A stretch of 61,005 nt of DNA from a virus (lineage: Duplodnaviria; Caudoviricetes), in the IMG/VR virus record IMGVR_UViG_3300046796_000499, positions 1 to 61,005 of that record. One strand, given 5' to 3'. Made by a program: the position numbers and the translations under genes. Under the pieces are notes generated by a model that worked only from the letters and a program-made list of their open reading frames with translations, searched no databases and was not told the DNA's origin. Of the stretch, positions 17,861 to 26,967 are shown piece by piece. Within the stretch, counting starts at the first letter, position 1. Each line of letters begins with the position of its first letter.

Positions 17861-18193
17861 CTACCAGTCGTGTCGCATCGCGGCCACGAGCGCGCTCACC
17901 GTCTCGTAGCGTTTTTTTCCCACGGTCCGCAGCCGGACGTGCTTTTCGTACAGCTCAAGGGTCATCGGTCGGAGCTCGAACGTGTCGCCCCGCACGTCCC
18001 GAAACTTGTAGTGCTCGGCGTCCTCCTCGAGCACCTGGTCCACGAGGAATACCCGCTCGTGGCTCTCCTGCCAGATCACCCAGTGTGGACCGCCCCACTG
18101 GGGGACGAACTGCGGATCCATCCCCGCCACCACGTCGTCCCGCGAGGAGAGAATGACCACCGCCTCCGGCCAGGTAAATACCGCCGCCGCCAC
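17861..18193 (-). CDS. Putative immunity protein (110 aa)
   Basis: GTG start overlaps the MuF stop (TAGTG); this is the globular C-terminal part of the 17861..20116 shadow ORF. Confidence 0.6.
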   Translation of the reverse strand: MAAAVFTWPEAVVILSSRDDVVAGMDPQFVPQWGGPHWVIWQESHERVFLVDQVLEEDAEHYKFRDVRGDTFELRPMTLELYEKHVRLRTVGKKRYETVSALVAAMRHDW

Positions 18194-21100
18194 TAGCGAC
18201 GCAATACCACGAACTCCTCGAGCGGCACGCCGTTGATCTCGGTGAGCCCTTCCTTGCGGAGGCGGGTAATCAGCTCCTCCCGATCGCTCGCCTCGCGCGC
18301 CACCACCCGACGGATGGAGGAGCGGGGCACCTGCCGCTGCAGCATCAGCTCGTTGTCGCCCTGCAGCCGCCCCTCGCGCGCCAGAGCGGCCATCTCGGAC
18401 ACGGTTTCGCGCTGGTGGTGGGCGCCGACTTTGCCGTAATTGTCCGCATTGGTGAAATACGCATCCAGGCGCCCCGCCTCGCTCGGGTCGATCTGGTACG
18501 TCCACCGCGCGTACAGGCCTCCCACGTCCGCCGGATCGCTGGTCACCAGCCGGACGAACGCACTGTCCGCGCCGCCCGTTTCGAAGTCCCGGCCCGTGCT
18601 CTGGCCCTGGATGAAAAGCCCGCGCTGGTAGCGCTCGCGGCTCGAGAGTAGGCCGTCCTCCTCGCGCCGGAGGGTCATCTCCACGATGTCCGCGCCCTTG
18701 TCGGTGGTGTGGCTCAGCCACTTGACCCCCGCCTTTTCGAGCTCTTGGCTCAGTTCGGGGCTGTAGAGAGCATGGTGGCCCGGCGCCACCTCGCGCAATT
18801 CCGCCCCCGCCTCGATCTGGGCCAGCTTGGGGTTGCGCTGGACGCTTTTTTCCCACACCTGCTGAACGGCTGCGGGCGACCGGTCCTTGAGGGTTCGCAG
18901 TTCCCGAGCACTGTCCGGATCGGCGTAGGCCATGATCTTGGCGCGCTGGTAGGCCTCGAGGGATTTCCCTTTCGGCTTGGCCGTACCGATCCCGAGCGTC
19001 TTGAACCCCTCCTCGGCCTTGGCGAAAATGTCGGCATCGTTGGCCGGCATCGCGAACCGCAGCTCCACCACGTTGTGCGTGGCGGCCAGTTCCGAGCCGC
19101 CCACCGATTTGCTCTTGAGCATCGTGATCTGGACGCCGTTTTTCTGGGTCCCGATCGCCTTGGACCCTTCGGGTTTCTGCGAAATCGTGGTGTTGGCGTA
19201 CTCGAGCGCCTCGGTCTCGAGGCTCGCTTTTTTCTTGTAGCCGTAGTCCGTTTCCCGAGCTCCCGCCGACTCGAGCCGCTTTCGCACCTCCTCGCCTCGG
19301 TGCTCGGTCACCTTGAACCGGACCACCACCTCCTGCCGGGCGCCGACTTTCTCCTGGGTGAACGAAACCCCAAAGTTCTCGATGTAGTCCTCGTCCATCA
19401 GTACCCCCACCCCCGCGCGGTTCGGCTTGAGGTGCTCGGCCACGTCCTTGGCCACGCTGCCTTTCAGATCGGCCTGGGGCCGCTCGGGGGCCTGCCACTT
19501 CTCGCTCCAGGCCTTGGCCGCGCCTCCACTCGCGGTCTTGTTCACCACCTTGGCCACCGGCTTGGCCGCCGCCGCTGCCTTGGCTGCCGCTGCCGCATCC
19601 GCCGCCGCGTGCCCCTGCAGCTCCGCCAGTTTCTGCCCCACCTCGATGGCGTAGGCCGTCGCCTCCACCTGCTGGGTGAAGGTCATGTGGGGGTGGGTGC
19701 TCTCGATGCTCGCGGGGGGCTTGACCACCCAATGCGGCTCGGCCTCGGTGCCCTCCTGGAAGTAGTAGGCGACTTTTTTGCCGCCCTGATACACGTCCAC
19801 GTAGTTTTTCCCACCGCTCGGGGTGGGTTTCAGCTCCGCCTGGGCCGCCTCGAGCTTGAGGTCCTCCCAGTCCTTGACCACTTGGTGCAGGTAGGCCGCC
19901 TTGCCCTGGGCGCTCATCGCCAACACCTCGGTCACCTCCCCCGGCAGCACCATCGGGTTGCCCGCCACCAGGGCGTGGATCTCCTGCTCGGTGAACGCCT
20001 CCGCCGCCACCTTCAAATCGGCGTTGTGCGCCAGGAGCGCTGCCTTCTTTTGGGCCAACAGCTGCTCGGGGCTCAGCACCGGGACGGGTGGCTTTTTCGG
20101 CTTGGGCTTGGGCCACTCGAGCTGGGGTTGGAGCTGCTTGCCGAGCTGCTTGGTCAGGTTCCCGAGCTGCAGCGGATTGCTGATCTTGCCGATCGCGCTC
20201 TCGGCGGACTTGCCCGTCACCTGGCTGTAGAGCTCACCAAACACCTTGGGCTTGGTCTTGGCCAGGTGCTTGAGGGTGTCGGTTACATCCTTGTGGCTCT
20301 CGAACCCTGCCTCCGGATTGTTGTGCCAGGACTCCTTGTAGCCCTTCACCTCGGCCTGTAGCGCCGCTGCGCGCTCGGCCGCCAGCGCCTCGGCCTTTGC
20401 CGCGCGCTCGGCCGCCAGGGCCTCCGCCTTGGCCTGGGCGATCGCCTTTTTCTGCACCAGGTAGGCCTCGGCCTTGGCCTTGGCGGCGCTGAACTTGTCC
20501 CCCGGCACCGTCGCATGCACCAGCTTGTCGGCCGCCGCCTGCAGCGCCGCAGCGTCGGCCAGCTTGGCGTGCCCGAGCAGCTCGGTGCCCTCGGCCTGGG
20601 CGGCTTGCGCCTTGGCCTGGGCGAGAGAGTAGGCTTGCGCCTGCTCCTTCACCGCGGTGGCCTGGGCCTTCTGTGCCAGCACCTTGGCCTTGGCCTTCTG
20701 CAGCGCGTCCTTGAGCTCCCCCTTGCGCTTCTCTCCCAGGGGGGTGGGCTGGGCATCCACCACCGCCTGGGCCTGCACCTCGGCGGGCGGAGCCTGGGTG
20801 GCGGGGGTCGGCTCCCAGTGCGGCCGCCAGGGTATGATGGTCTCCCGGTCGTTCGGGCGCGCGGGGGGATGCAGGTACTGCCGGCCCGCCCCGTCGATGA
20901 ACATCTCCTCCAGCTTGCGGATCTGGCCGTGCACCGCGATCGAATCGGGCGCCGTCCGGGTGTCGAAAATGGCCAGAATCTTCTTTTGCAGGTCCGGGAA
21001 CTCCGTCTCCCTCAGCACGTTCATTCCCTGCAAGGCGCCGGCGCTGAGCGCGTGGGCATTCTCCGTGCGCACGATGCGCTCGGCCCAGTAGCGCCGCTTG

Positions 21101-21741
21101 ACGTAGCTGGTCGGCTCGGGGAACGAGGCGGGCTCGTTTTCATGCAGGCTGTGCGCCGAATGACCCCCCATCTTGCCCGCCTCCACCAGGCGCGAGACGG
21201 TCTGCTCGTGGGTGAGGCCCTCGAGCTTGCTCGTCCGCAGCACCCGCTCGAAATCCCCCACCATCGCTTTGCCGTAGCGGTTCCAGCTCGCCTGGTGTTT
21301 CTGCAGGAGCGACGCGCCCGGCCCCCGGACGACCGCGTCCTGCATTTGCTGGGTCTCGAGCGCGAGCGGGCGGGTGATGCCGGTGAACTTGGCCTCCATC
21401 GTCTTGGCCACGTGGACCGTGTCGGCCACGCTCGCTTTCATCGCCTTTAGGGCGGTCGCGTGGCTCACCCCGGTGAGGCGCTTTTCCAGATACTCGGTCA
21501 CCAGCCCGATCTGCTTGCGGTACACCGTGGCCGAGGCCTCGGTAAACTTGCCCGTGGGGCCGCCATTGTTCTGGACGACGGTGTGCAGCCGATCGGAAAG
21601 GTTCTTGTCGGCCTCTTTGAGCACCTGCAGGGTAGTGCCGAGCCCGCTTTTCCAGACCTGCTGGGCTTGTCTCAGGCTCTCATGGACGGCCGCCTCCGCC
21701 GGGTCGACGGGCGCCGGGGCCTTCTTGGCCGCCTTGGCCAC
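18193..21741 (-). CDS. MuF (SPP1 gp7-like) minor head protein fused to a C-terminal ADP-ribosyltransferase-like domain
   Basis: Follows the portal gene; MuF motif AERIVRTE...DTRT...HGQIR...HPPARPNDRE; long Ala/Lys linker; C-terminus SHTT...GLLS...SAFVRL...NELMLQRQVPRSSIRRVV. Confidence 0.8.
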   Translation of the reverse strand: MAKAAKKAPAPVDPAEAAVHESLRQAQQVWKSGLGTTLQVLKEADKNLSDRLHTVVQNNGGPTGKFTEASATVYRKQIGLVTEYLEKRLTGVSHATALKAMKASVADTVHVAKTMEAKFTGITRPLALETQQMQDAVVRGPGASLLQKHQASWNRYGKAMVGDFERVLRTSKLEGLTHEQTVSRLVEAGKMGGHSAHSLHENEPASFPEPTSYVKRRYWAERIVRTENAHALSAGALQGMNVLRETEFPDLQKKILAIFDTRTAPDSIAVHGQIRKLEEMFIDGAGRQYLHPPARPNDRETIIPWRPHWEPTPATQAPPAEVQAQAVVDAQPTPLGEKRKGELKDALQKAKAKVLAQKAQATAVKEQAQAYSLAQAKAQAAQAEGTELLGHAKLADAAALQAAADKLVHATVPGDKFSAAKAKAEAYLVQKKAIAQAKAEALAAERAAKAEALAAERAAALQAEVKGYKESWHNNPEAGFESHKDVTDTLKHLAKTKPKVFGELYSQVTGKSAESAIGKISNPLQLGNLTKQLGKQLQPQLEWPKPKPKKPPVPVLSPEQLLAQKKAALLAHNADLKVAAEAFTEQEIHALVAGNPMVLPGEVTEVLAMSAQGKAAYLHQVVKDWEDLKLEAAQAELKPTPSGGKNYVDVYQGGKKVAYYFQEGTEAEPHWVVKPPASIESTHPHMTFTQQVEATAYAIEVGQKLAELQGHAAADAAAAAKAAAAAKPVAKVVNKTASGGAAKAWSEKWQAPERPQADLKGSVAKDVAEHLKPNRAGVGVLMDEDYIENFGVSFTQEKVGARQEVVVRFKVTEHRGEEVRKRLESAGARETDYGYKKKASLETEALEYANTTISQKPEGSKAIGTQKNGVQITMLKSKSVGGSELAATHNVVELRFAMPANDADIFAKAEEGFKTLGIGTAKPKGKSLEAYQRAKIMAYADPDSARELRTLKDRSPAAVQQVWEKSVQRNPKLAQIEAGAELREVAPGHHALYSPELSQELEKAGVKWLSHTTDKGADIVEMTLRREEDGLLSSRERYQRGLFIQGQSTGRDFETGGADSAFVRLVTSDPADVGGLYARWTYQIDPSEAGRLDAYFTNADNYGKVGAHHQRETVSEMAALAREGRLQGDNELMLQRQVPRSSIRRVVAREASDREELITRLRKEGLTEINGVPLEEFVVLRR

Positions 21742-21744
21742 CCG

Positions 21745-23421
21745 TTACTCCTCCGCGCTGCCGTCGCCGCCCGGAACGCCGTTGCGTGCGTCCGCTTCCG
21801 ACTGCCGATCGATGAGCTGGCCTTGCTCCTCCACCTGGGTCGCGCGTTCCACGTCGATCTCCGCCAGCTCCTGGTCCACGTCCGTCACCCCAAACACCGG
21901 AGCGGTGAACTTCACCGCCGTGCGCTGGCTGATCGTCTGGCCCTTGGCCGCCACCGCGGCGGTCACCATCGCCTGGACGTCCGGCATCGTCGGCTGGAAG
22001 TAGGGCGGCCACTTGAGCTCGAGCCGATCGCTCTCGCCCGGGACCCGATCGGTCACCACCTCCTCGCTCTCGGCGGGGTCTCCGGGGGCCGCTCGGGGCT
22101 TGTCCTGGGTCTGCACCTTCGGCGGCAGCACCACCACCGGGCGCTGCTGGATCCGCACCCCGTCGGCGGTGGTCTGGATGGGGCCCGGCTCGATGCTCGT
22201 AATCAGCCGCGCCGCCCGGAGCATGCCGCGCAGCACCTTGACGATGAGCGCGCCGTACTGCACCCGCAGCAGGTCGCATTGGTTGCACATCGGCAGATAG
22301 AGCATTTTCATGGCGAGCGAGCTCTGGGCCTTGGCCGCCATCTTGTCCGGGTCACCGATGACCACCCCGGCCGTGTTCAGACAGACCCGCACGATGGCGT
22401 CCGCCTGATCGTTGCCCGTTTTGAGCGAGGTGCCCTGTAGCTCCAGATACTCGGCGCCGCCCTTGGCAAAAATGGCCTGCCCCGAGCCCTTCTGCACTAC
22501 CCCGAGGTTCTTGGTCGCGTCATCCTTGATGACGAGCGTGGGGTCCACGTTGGCGATCGTGCCCTTGGTGGTGGCGCTCAGTAGGTGGTTGATCTTGTCG
22601 AAATTGTCCTCCAGACCCTCGATGTCCGAGATCCCGTCCTCCCGCTCGGTGTCGGGTAGGTTCTGGGTCCAGTAGACCGGGCATTCGCCATAGCCGTGGC
22701 GCACCGTGTAGGAGCGGACTCCGGTCGCCCACGTCCCGGCCTTGGCGAGCTCGTCCGGGATCGGGTCCCACACCGTCTCGATCTGCTCATCCCAGTACCG
22801 GGCAAAATAGAAATCCTTTTCCACCGGTTTGCCGTCGGGCAGAAACACCGTCCGCTGGTAGCGATAGGTCTTGAGCACCGCGCCCAGGACGTGCTCGTCC
22901 TTGTCGACCCAGCGCTGGGGGTACATGTGTTTTGCCTCGTGGGCCTTCACCCGCGGCACCCCGTCCACGAAGCTGAAACTCAAGCACGCCGTTCCCGAGC
23001 CGCCGCCCTGGTTTCGCGCCTCCTGCATCCGCTCTTGTAGCCGGCTCTCGGTCGCCAGCGCCTTGACGTAATCCTCGGCCTCGTCATCGCCGGGAACCGT
23101 CACCTCCGGCCAGCTCTCCTCCCCCATCGCCATCGCCGTCAGGCGCCCAATGATGACTTTGCCGAGGTTATACCGGACGTTGGGGCGGCGCTTGTCCAGC
23201 ATCACGTAGTAGCCGGGAAACACCGCCTGCTCCCCGCCGTACCCGATGCCGTAGCCATCCCAGTTGTGTCTGAGCCGATCGTATTGCCGGCAGCTGGCGT
23301 ACTGGTCGAGCCGATCGAGGATCTGAAAGCGCCGCCCTTGACAGAGCGCATCGAGCCGCAGCCGGGGCAAGTCCGGCACGTTGAGCTGGAGGGTGTCGGC
23401 GGAATTGAGCGCTGCGGCCAT
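21745..23421 (-). CDS. Portal protein
   Basis: 558 aa; HGYGECPVYWTQN...GISDIEGL and SSLAMKMLY are SPP1-like portal motifs. Confidence 0.85.
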   Translation of the reverse strand: MAAALNSADTLQLNVPDLPRLRLDALCQGRRFQILDRLDQYASCRQYDRLRHNWDGYGIGYGGEQAVFPGYYVMLDKRRPNVRYNLGKVIIGRLTAMAMGEESWPEVTVPGDDEAEDYVKALATESRLQERMQEARNQGGGSGTACLSFSFVDGVPRVKAHEAKHMYPQRWVDKDEHVLGAVLKTYRYQRTVFLPDGKPVEKDFYFARYWDEQIETVWDPIPDELAKAGTWATGVRSYTVRHGYGECPVYWTQNLPDTEREDGISDIEGLEDNFDKINHLLSATTKGTIANVDPTLVIKDDATKNLGVVQKGSGQAIFAKGGAEYLELQGTSLKTGNDQADAIVRVCLNTAGVVIGDPDKMAAKAQSSLAMKMLYLPMCNQCDLLRVQYGALIVKVLRGMLRAARLITSIEPGPIQTTADGVRIQQRPVVVLPPKVQTQDKPRAAPGDPAESEEVVTDRVPGESDRLELKWPPYFQPTMPDVQAMVTAAVAAKGQTISQRTAVKFTAPVFGVTDVDQELAEIDVERATQVEEQGQLIDRQSEADARNGVPGGDGSAEE

Positions 23422-23504
23422 CGGCTCCGGAGTCTACCCTGCCCCGGCCCGGTACACTATGTGGTCGGTGCAGGTTCCGAGCCTGCTGAGGTTGCCCGGC
23501 GCGT

Positions 23505-23762
23505 TTACCGCGCGCCCCCGCTCCGTACGGGATTAACCGACCGTGAACTTTGCCGCAGCTCGCGCCGCCGGCGTTTCTTCTCTGCCCGCCACCAGGGCCC
23601 GAGCCGCCGCCGCAGCTCGCGCGCGCGCCAGCACCGAATGAGCTCCAGCGTCGCCTCCGCCGCCGCACTCTCGGCAAACGGCAGCACGTAGCACCCGCCC
23701 ACCGTCGGGAGGCTGGCCTCCCTCAGCTCGGCCACCATGGCTCGCATCTCCGCCAGCGTCAC
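23505..23762 (-). CDS. Hypothetical protein
   Basis: GTGA-coupled small ORF. Confidence 0.4.
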   Translation of the reverse strand: MTLAEMRAMVAELREASLPTVGGCYVLPFAESAAAEATLELIRCWRARELRRRLGPWWRAEKKRRRRELRQSSRSVNPVRSGGAR

Positions 23763-23959
23763 CGCTCCAGCTCCGCCGCCGCCTCGAGCAGCATGATCTC
23801 GCTCCAGCCCGCCTGGCTCGCCGCCTCGATGCTCCCGAACAGGAGCCAGCGCGCCGCGCGCCGCATCGCCCGCATGGCCTCCTCCCCGAGGAGCTCAGGC
23901 ACCTTGCCCGCAGGCGGCCGGCGCCAGTTGCGCAGCTGCCTCGCCGCCGCCTTGCGCAC
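23759..23959 (-). CDS. Hypothetical protein
   Basis: Small ORF in operon. Confidence 0.4.
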   Translation of the reverse strand: MRKAAARQLRNWRRPPAGKVPELLGEEAMRAMRRAARWLLFGSIEAASQAGWSEIMLLEAAAELER

Positions 23960-23979
23960 CTTGGGAGACGGGCTGCGCG

Positions 23980-24237
23980 CTAGGGCGTCGCGCCTTTTTT
24001 TTCCTTCTTGCGCTCCGCCAGTCGCTCGTCCACCTCGGCCCGGTCCGCCTCGATCTCGGGCTTGCGGTCCACCATCTGGGCCGTCCGGTGCTCGCGGTAT
24101 TTGGCCGCCAGGGCTTCCAGGGCCTCGGCCTCCTTGCCCTCGCCGTACTCGCCCAAGAGCTCCGGGAGCGTCTGACCCACGAACTGCATCAACACCGCAC
24201 CCCAGCTCATCTGGCCTCGCTTTCTGAGATCTGCCAC
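23980..24237 (-). CDS. Hypothetical protein
   Basis: 85 aa, helical, adjacent to the lipoprotein gene. Confidence 0.6.
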   Translation of the reverse strand: MADLRKRGQMSWGAVLMQFVGQTLPELLGEYGEGKEAEALEALAAKYREHRTAQMVDRKPEIEADRAEVDERLAERKKEKKGATP

Positions 24238-24238
24238 G

Positions 24239-24709
24239 TCACGGCCCGCCCTTCTGCAGCTGCATGGCTAGCTCTGCGTTTTCCGCCTGGGCTGCCTCCA
24301 CCACCGCTCGGGCATCGAGCGCCGCCGCCACCACGTCCCGCACCGGTACCGCGCCTGCCTCGGCCTGGGCCATGATTTCGTCCACCCGCTTGACCGCCAG
24401 CGCCACCAGATCGAGCGCCTGGAACGCGTGGTCGCACGCCGCCCGGATGCGCGCCACCGCCCGCTCCGCCTCCGCCGGCTCGGGCAGCTCGGCCGCCGCC
24501 TGCTCGGCGGTGTGGCAACTCTGCACGCTCACCCCGTAAACCTGATCCCCGCGGTGAACCACCTCGTTCACGATGTCCGCCGCGCTCACCGCGGCTTTCT
24601 CGTTGCCTCGCGCCGAGCAGCCGTAGAGCGTGAGCGCAAAGCACGCGATGCCCACCACCGCGTACAAGAGCCACATCACCCGCCAGAACTTTTGCCGCTT
24701 GGTCAGCAT
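24239..24709 (-). CDS. Helical lipoprotein
   Basis: Hydrophobic N-terminus with LTLYG-C lipobox; coiled-coil body. Confidence 0.6.
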   Translation of the reverse strand: MLTKRQKFWRVMWLLYAVVGIACFALTLYGCSARGNEKAAVSAADIVNEVVHRGDQVYGVSVQSCHTAEQAAAELPEPAEAERAVARIRAACDHAFQALDLVALAVKRVDEIMAQAEAGAVPVRDVVAAALDARAVVEAAQAENAELAMQLQKGGP

Positions 24710-25101
24710 CAGGAAAATCCGATCTTCAACGTGGCGTCCGCCGCCGGCGCCACCGTGAGCCGGTAGTACACCTTACCCGGCAGGGCCGTGAGCGCCACCA
24801 TCGTCCCCACCGTGACCACCTGGACGGCGCCGAACGCATAGAAGCGCCGCGCCGCCGCCCCCGCTTGCGGGTCATCCTCGAATTTCTTGTCCACGATCTC
24901 GTCCAGCGCGAATTGCTGGACGGTGACGGTCTGCGCCGCCGTCCCCTCGAGCGTCAGCAGCACGCTCGAGGGGTTCTTGTCCGTCCCCAGGATGGTCTGG
25001 GGTGACTCCTTGATGTGAGTCGGCGGCACGGTCCCGGGCGTGCTCCGCGGGTCTGGGGTATCCGCCTGGCCGCCCGTGATCTTGATCGTCTCGAATTTCA
25101 C
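24709..25101 (-). CDS. Hypothetical beta-rich protein
   Basis: C-terminal part of the 24709..25989 ORF; GTG start 7 nt after TATGCT. Confidence 0.6.
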   Translation of the reverse strand: MKFETIKITGGQADTPDPRSTPGTVPPTHIKESPQTILGTDKNPSSVLLTLEGTAAQTVTVQQFALDEIVDKKFEDDPQAGAAARRFYAFGAVQVVTVGTMVALTALPGKVYYRLTVAPAADATLKIGFS

Positions 25102-25148
25102 GAGGCCCAGCATACCCGACCCGGCCCGCGCGGTCCACGGGGCGCCCC

Positions 25149-26696
25149 CTAGCGTACCTGCAGCTGGGCTTGCTGGACGCGGGGCGCCGCATACTTGCGG
25201 AGCGCTTCGCGCGCGAGCCAGGACGCCATCAGCCGATCGCCGGTGTGCGCCTCGGGGTCGTAATAGAGCGCCTCGTTCATCCAGGCTTTGCCCTCGTCCG
25301 GCACGCTCAGGCCCGCGCCGCCCGAGGGAAGGATCCAGAGGCCGTTGCGCATTTCGACCGCCAGGCTTTCCACCCCGAATTTCTCGCTGAACTTGCGGCT
25401 GGCGGTGGTGGTGTAGCCGCGCACCGGCACCCGGCCCTGGCACATATCGAGCAAGAACTGCTGGGCGCCGTTGTCCTCCACCAGGATCTCCGAATCGAAC
25501 CGCAAATAGACACTCACCAGCCGATCGATGATCTCGGGCGCCTGCCAGCGGCCGCTCTCGATGTCCGCCACGAGCCGGCGCCCGTCGGGCATCAACGCGA
25601 GCGTAAACAGCACCGTGAGCGCGTTGGCATCCTCCACCCCTGCTCCCAGGTCGACGCCCGTAAAGCAGGGCAGCTTGGGGCCCTTGCTGTAGGCGGAGGG
25701 AGCTCGCGGCAGGAACGTCCGGCCCTTGCCGGAGAGCACCATCCGGTCGAGCCAGACCTGCCGAAAGCGCGAGGAGGAATCGATGCGCACCCGGCAGAGG
25801 TGCTTGCGGACGAATACCGATTCGGGGGTGATCTGGCGCTTGGCGAGCAGGCGCCGCACGCTCCAGTTCTCTGGCCAGAGCGGGATCCAGCGCTTGGGCG
25901 GATCGTCGGGATTGGTGACCGCGCTGTAACGCTTGGTCACGAACCCGGGCCGCGCCCCGAGCACGTGTAGGGCATCGTCGGGATGCCACGGCGTGCCCAC
26001 CATGATGAACCGCGCCAGCTCGGTCAGGCGCGTGAGCACGGTGGTGTCGATCCAGTCGACGGTCTTTTTTCGCTGCTCCTCGGTGCGGGTGTTCTCGAAA
26101 TCGAGAATGTCGTCCAGGATCACCCAGTCCAGGCGCGAACCCACCAGAGGCCCAAACAGCCCCATCGCCTGGATGCTCGGGTCTTTCGAGCGGGTCTTTC
26201 GCTCGACCGTGATCGCGCTCGTGTGCCAGGGGTCCTCGTCCCGAGAGCTCGGCTTGAGGTGCGGGAACACCTCGCGCACCCGCGGGTTGCGCTCGATCTC
26301 GGTGCGGACCTGCCGGAGGACTTTCTCCGCCTGGGTGCTGGTGACGCTGATGATCGCGCCGCGCTGCTCGGGGTGCGTCCCGAGCAGGTGGAGCACCTTG
26401 CCCACCGCTACCTGCTGGGTCTTACCGAACTCGACCGGGCAGATCAGGATCGCGAGGCGGTTTTCCTCGAGGTGCTCGTGCCATTCCTCGTGGAACGGGG
26501 CGTTCCGTAGGACGGTGTCGTCCTGTTCGTTCCGGAGCGCGTACTCGATGAACGCCGCCGCGCTCCGGCGGGCCGCGCGGATCTGCAGCTGCTTTTTGAC
26601 CCGGTGCCGCCGCAGCCGATCGGCGCGCTTGGCCTCCCCTCGGGCCGCGCGTGCCGCCACCTCGGCCGCCGCGCGCGCAAACGGTGGTCGCTTCAC
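25149..26696 (-). CDS. terL: Terminase large subunit
   Basis: Walker A CPVEFGKT, Walker B WVILDD, VGTPW motif; nuclease motifs TGVDLG and HTGDRLMA. Confidence 0.92.
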   Translation of the reverse strand: MKRPPFARAAAEVAARAARGEAKRADRLRRHRVKKQLQIRAARRSAAAFIEYALRNEQDDTVLRNAPFHEEWHEHLEENRLAILICPVEFGKTQQVAVGKVLHLLGTHPEQRGAIISVTSTQAEKVLRQVRTEIERNPRVREVFPHLKPSSRDEDPWHTSAITVERKTRSKDPSIQAMGLFGPLVGSRLDWVILDDILDFENTRTEEQRKKTVDWIDTTVLTRLTELARFIMVGTPWHPDDALHVLGARPGFVTKRYSAVTNPDDPPKRWIPLWPENWSVRRLLAKRQITPESVFVRKHLCRVRIDSSSRFRQVWLDRMVLSGKGRTFLPRAPSAYSKGPKLPCFTGVDLGAGVEDANALTVLFTLALMPDGRRLVADIESGRWQAPEIIDRLVSVYLRFDSEILVEDNGAQQFLLDMCQGRVPVRGYTTTASRKFSEKFGVESLAVEMRNGLWILPSGGAGLSVPDEGKAWMNEALYYDPEAHTGDRLMASWLAREALRKYAAPRVQQAQLQVR

Positions 26697-26766
26697 TCAG
26701 CCGTGGGGAGCAGAAATTCGAGCCGTCCTCGAGGAGCCTGATCTCCGTGCCGAGCCGATCACCGGG

Positions 26767-26967
26767 TCAGAATAGCACGCGATCGAAAAAATCGTCCTCG
26801 GGATCCCCGTGGGGCCACTCGGTCCAGCCCCCGCTCGCCCAGTCCGCCTGGGCCGCCGCCGCGCACTGCCGCTCATACTCGCGCCGCCAGCGCCACCAGA
26901 GCCGCACCCGCCGGCGCTGGCGTTTCTCCTTGGCGCTCCAGCGCGAATAGCGGCTGCTGCGCTTCAC
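26767..26967 (-). CDS. Hypothetical Arg/Trp-rich protein
   Basis: GTGA overlap with the upstream gene. Confidence 0.4.
   Translation of the reverse strand: MKRSSRYSRWSAKEKRQRRRVRLWWRWRREYERQCAAAAQADWASGGWTEWPHGDPEDDFFDRVLF

Noticed and set aside
18194-20116. 751-aa minus-strand ORF 17861..20116 as one gene
   Set aside because: The upstream 640 codons are an alternative frame of the MuF gene; only the last 110 aa look real.
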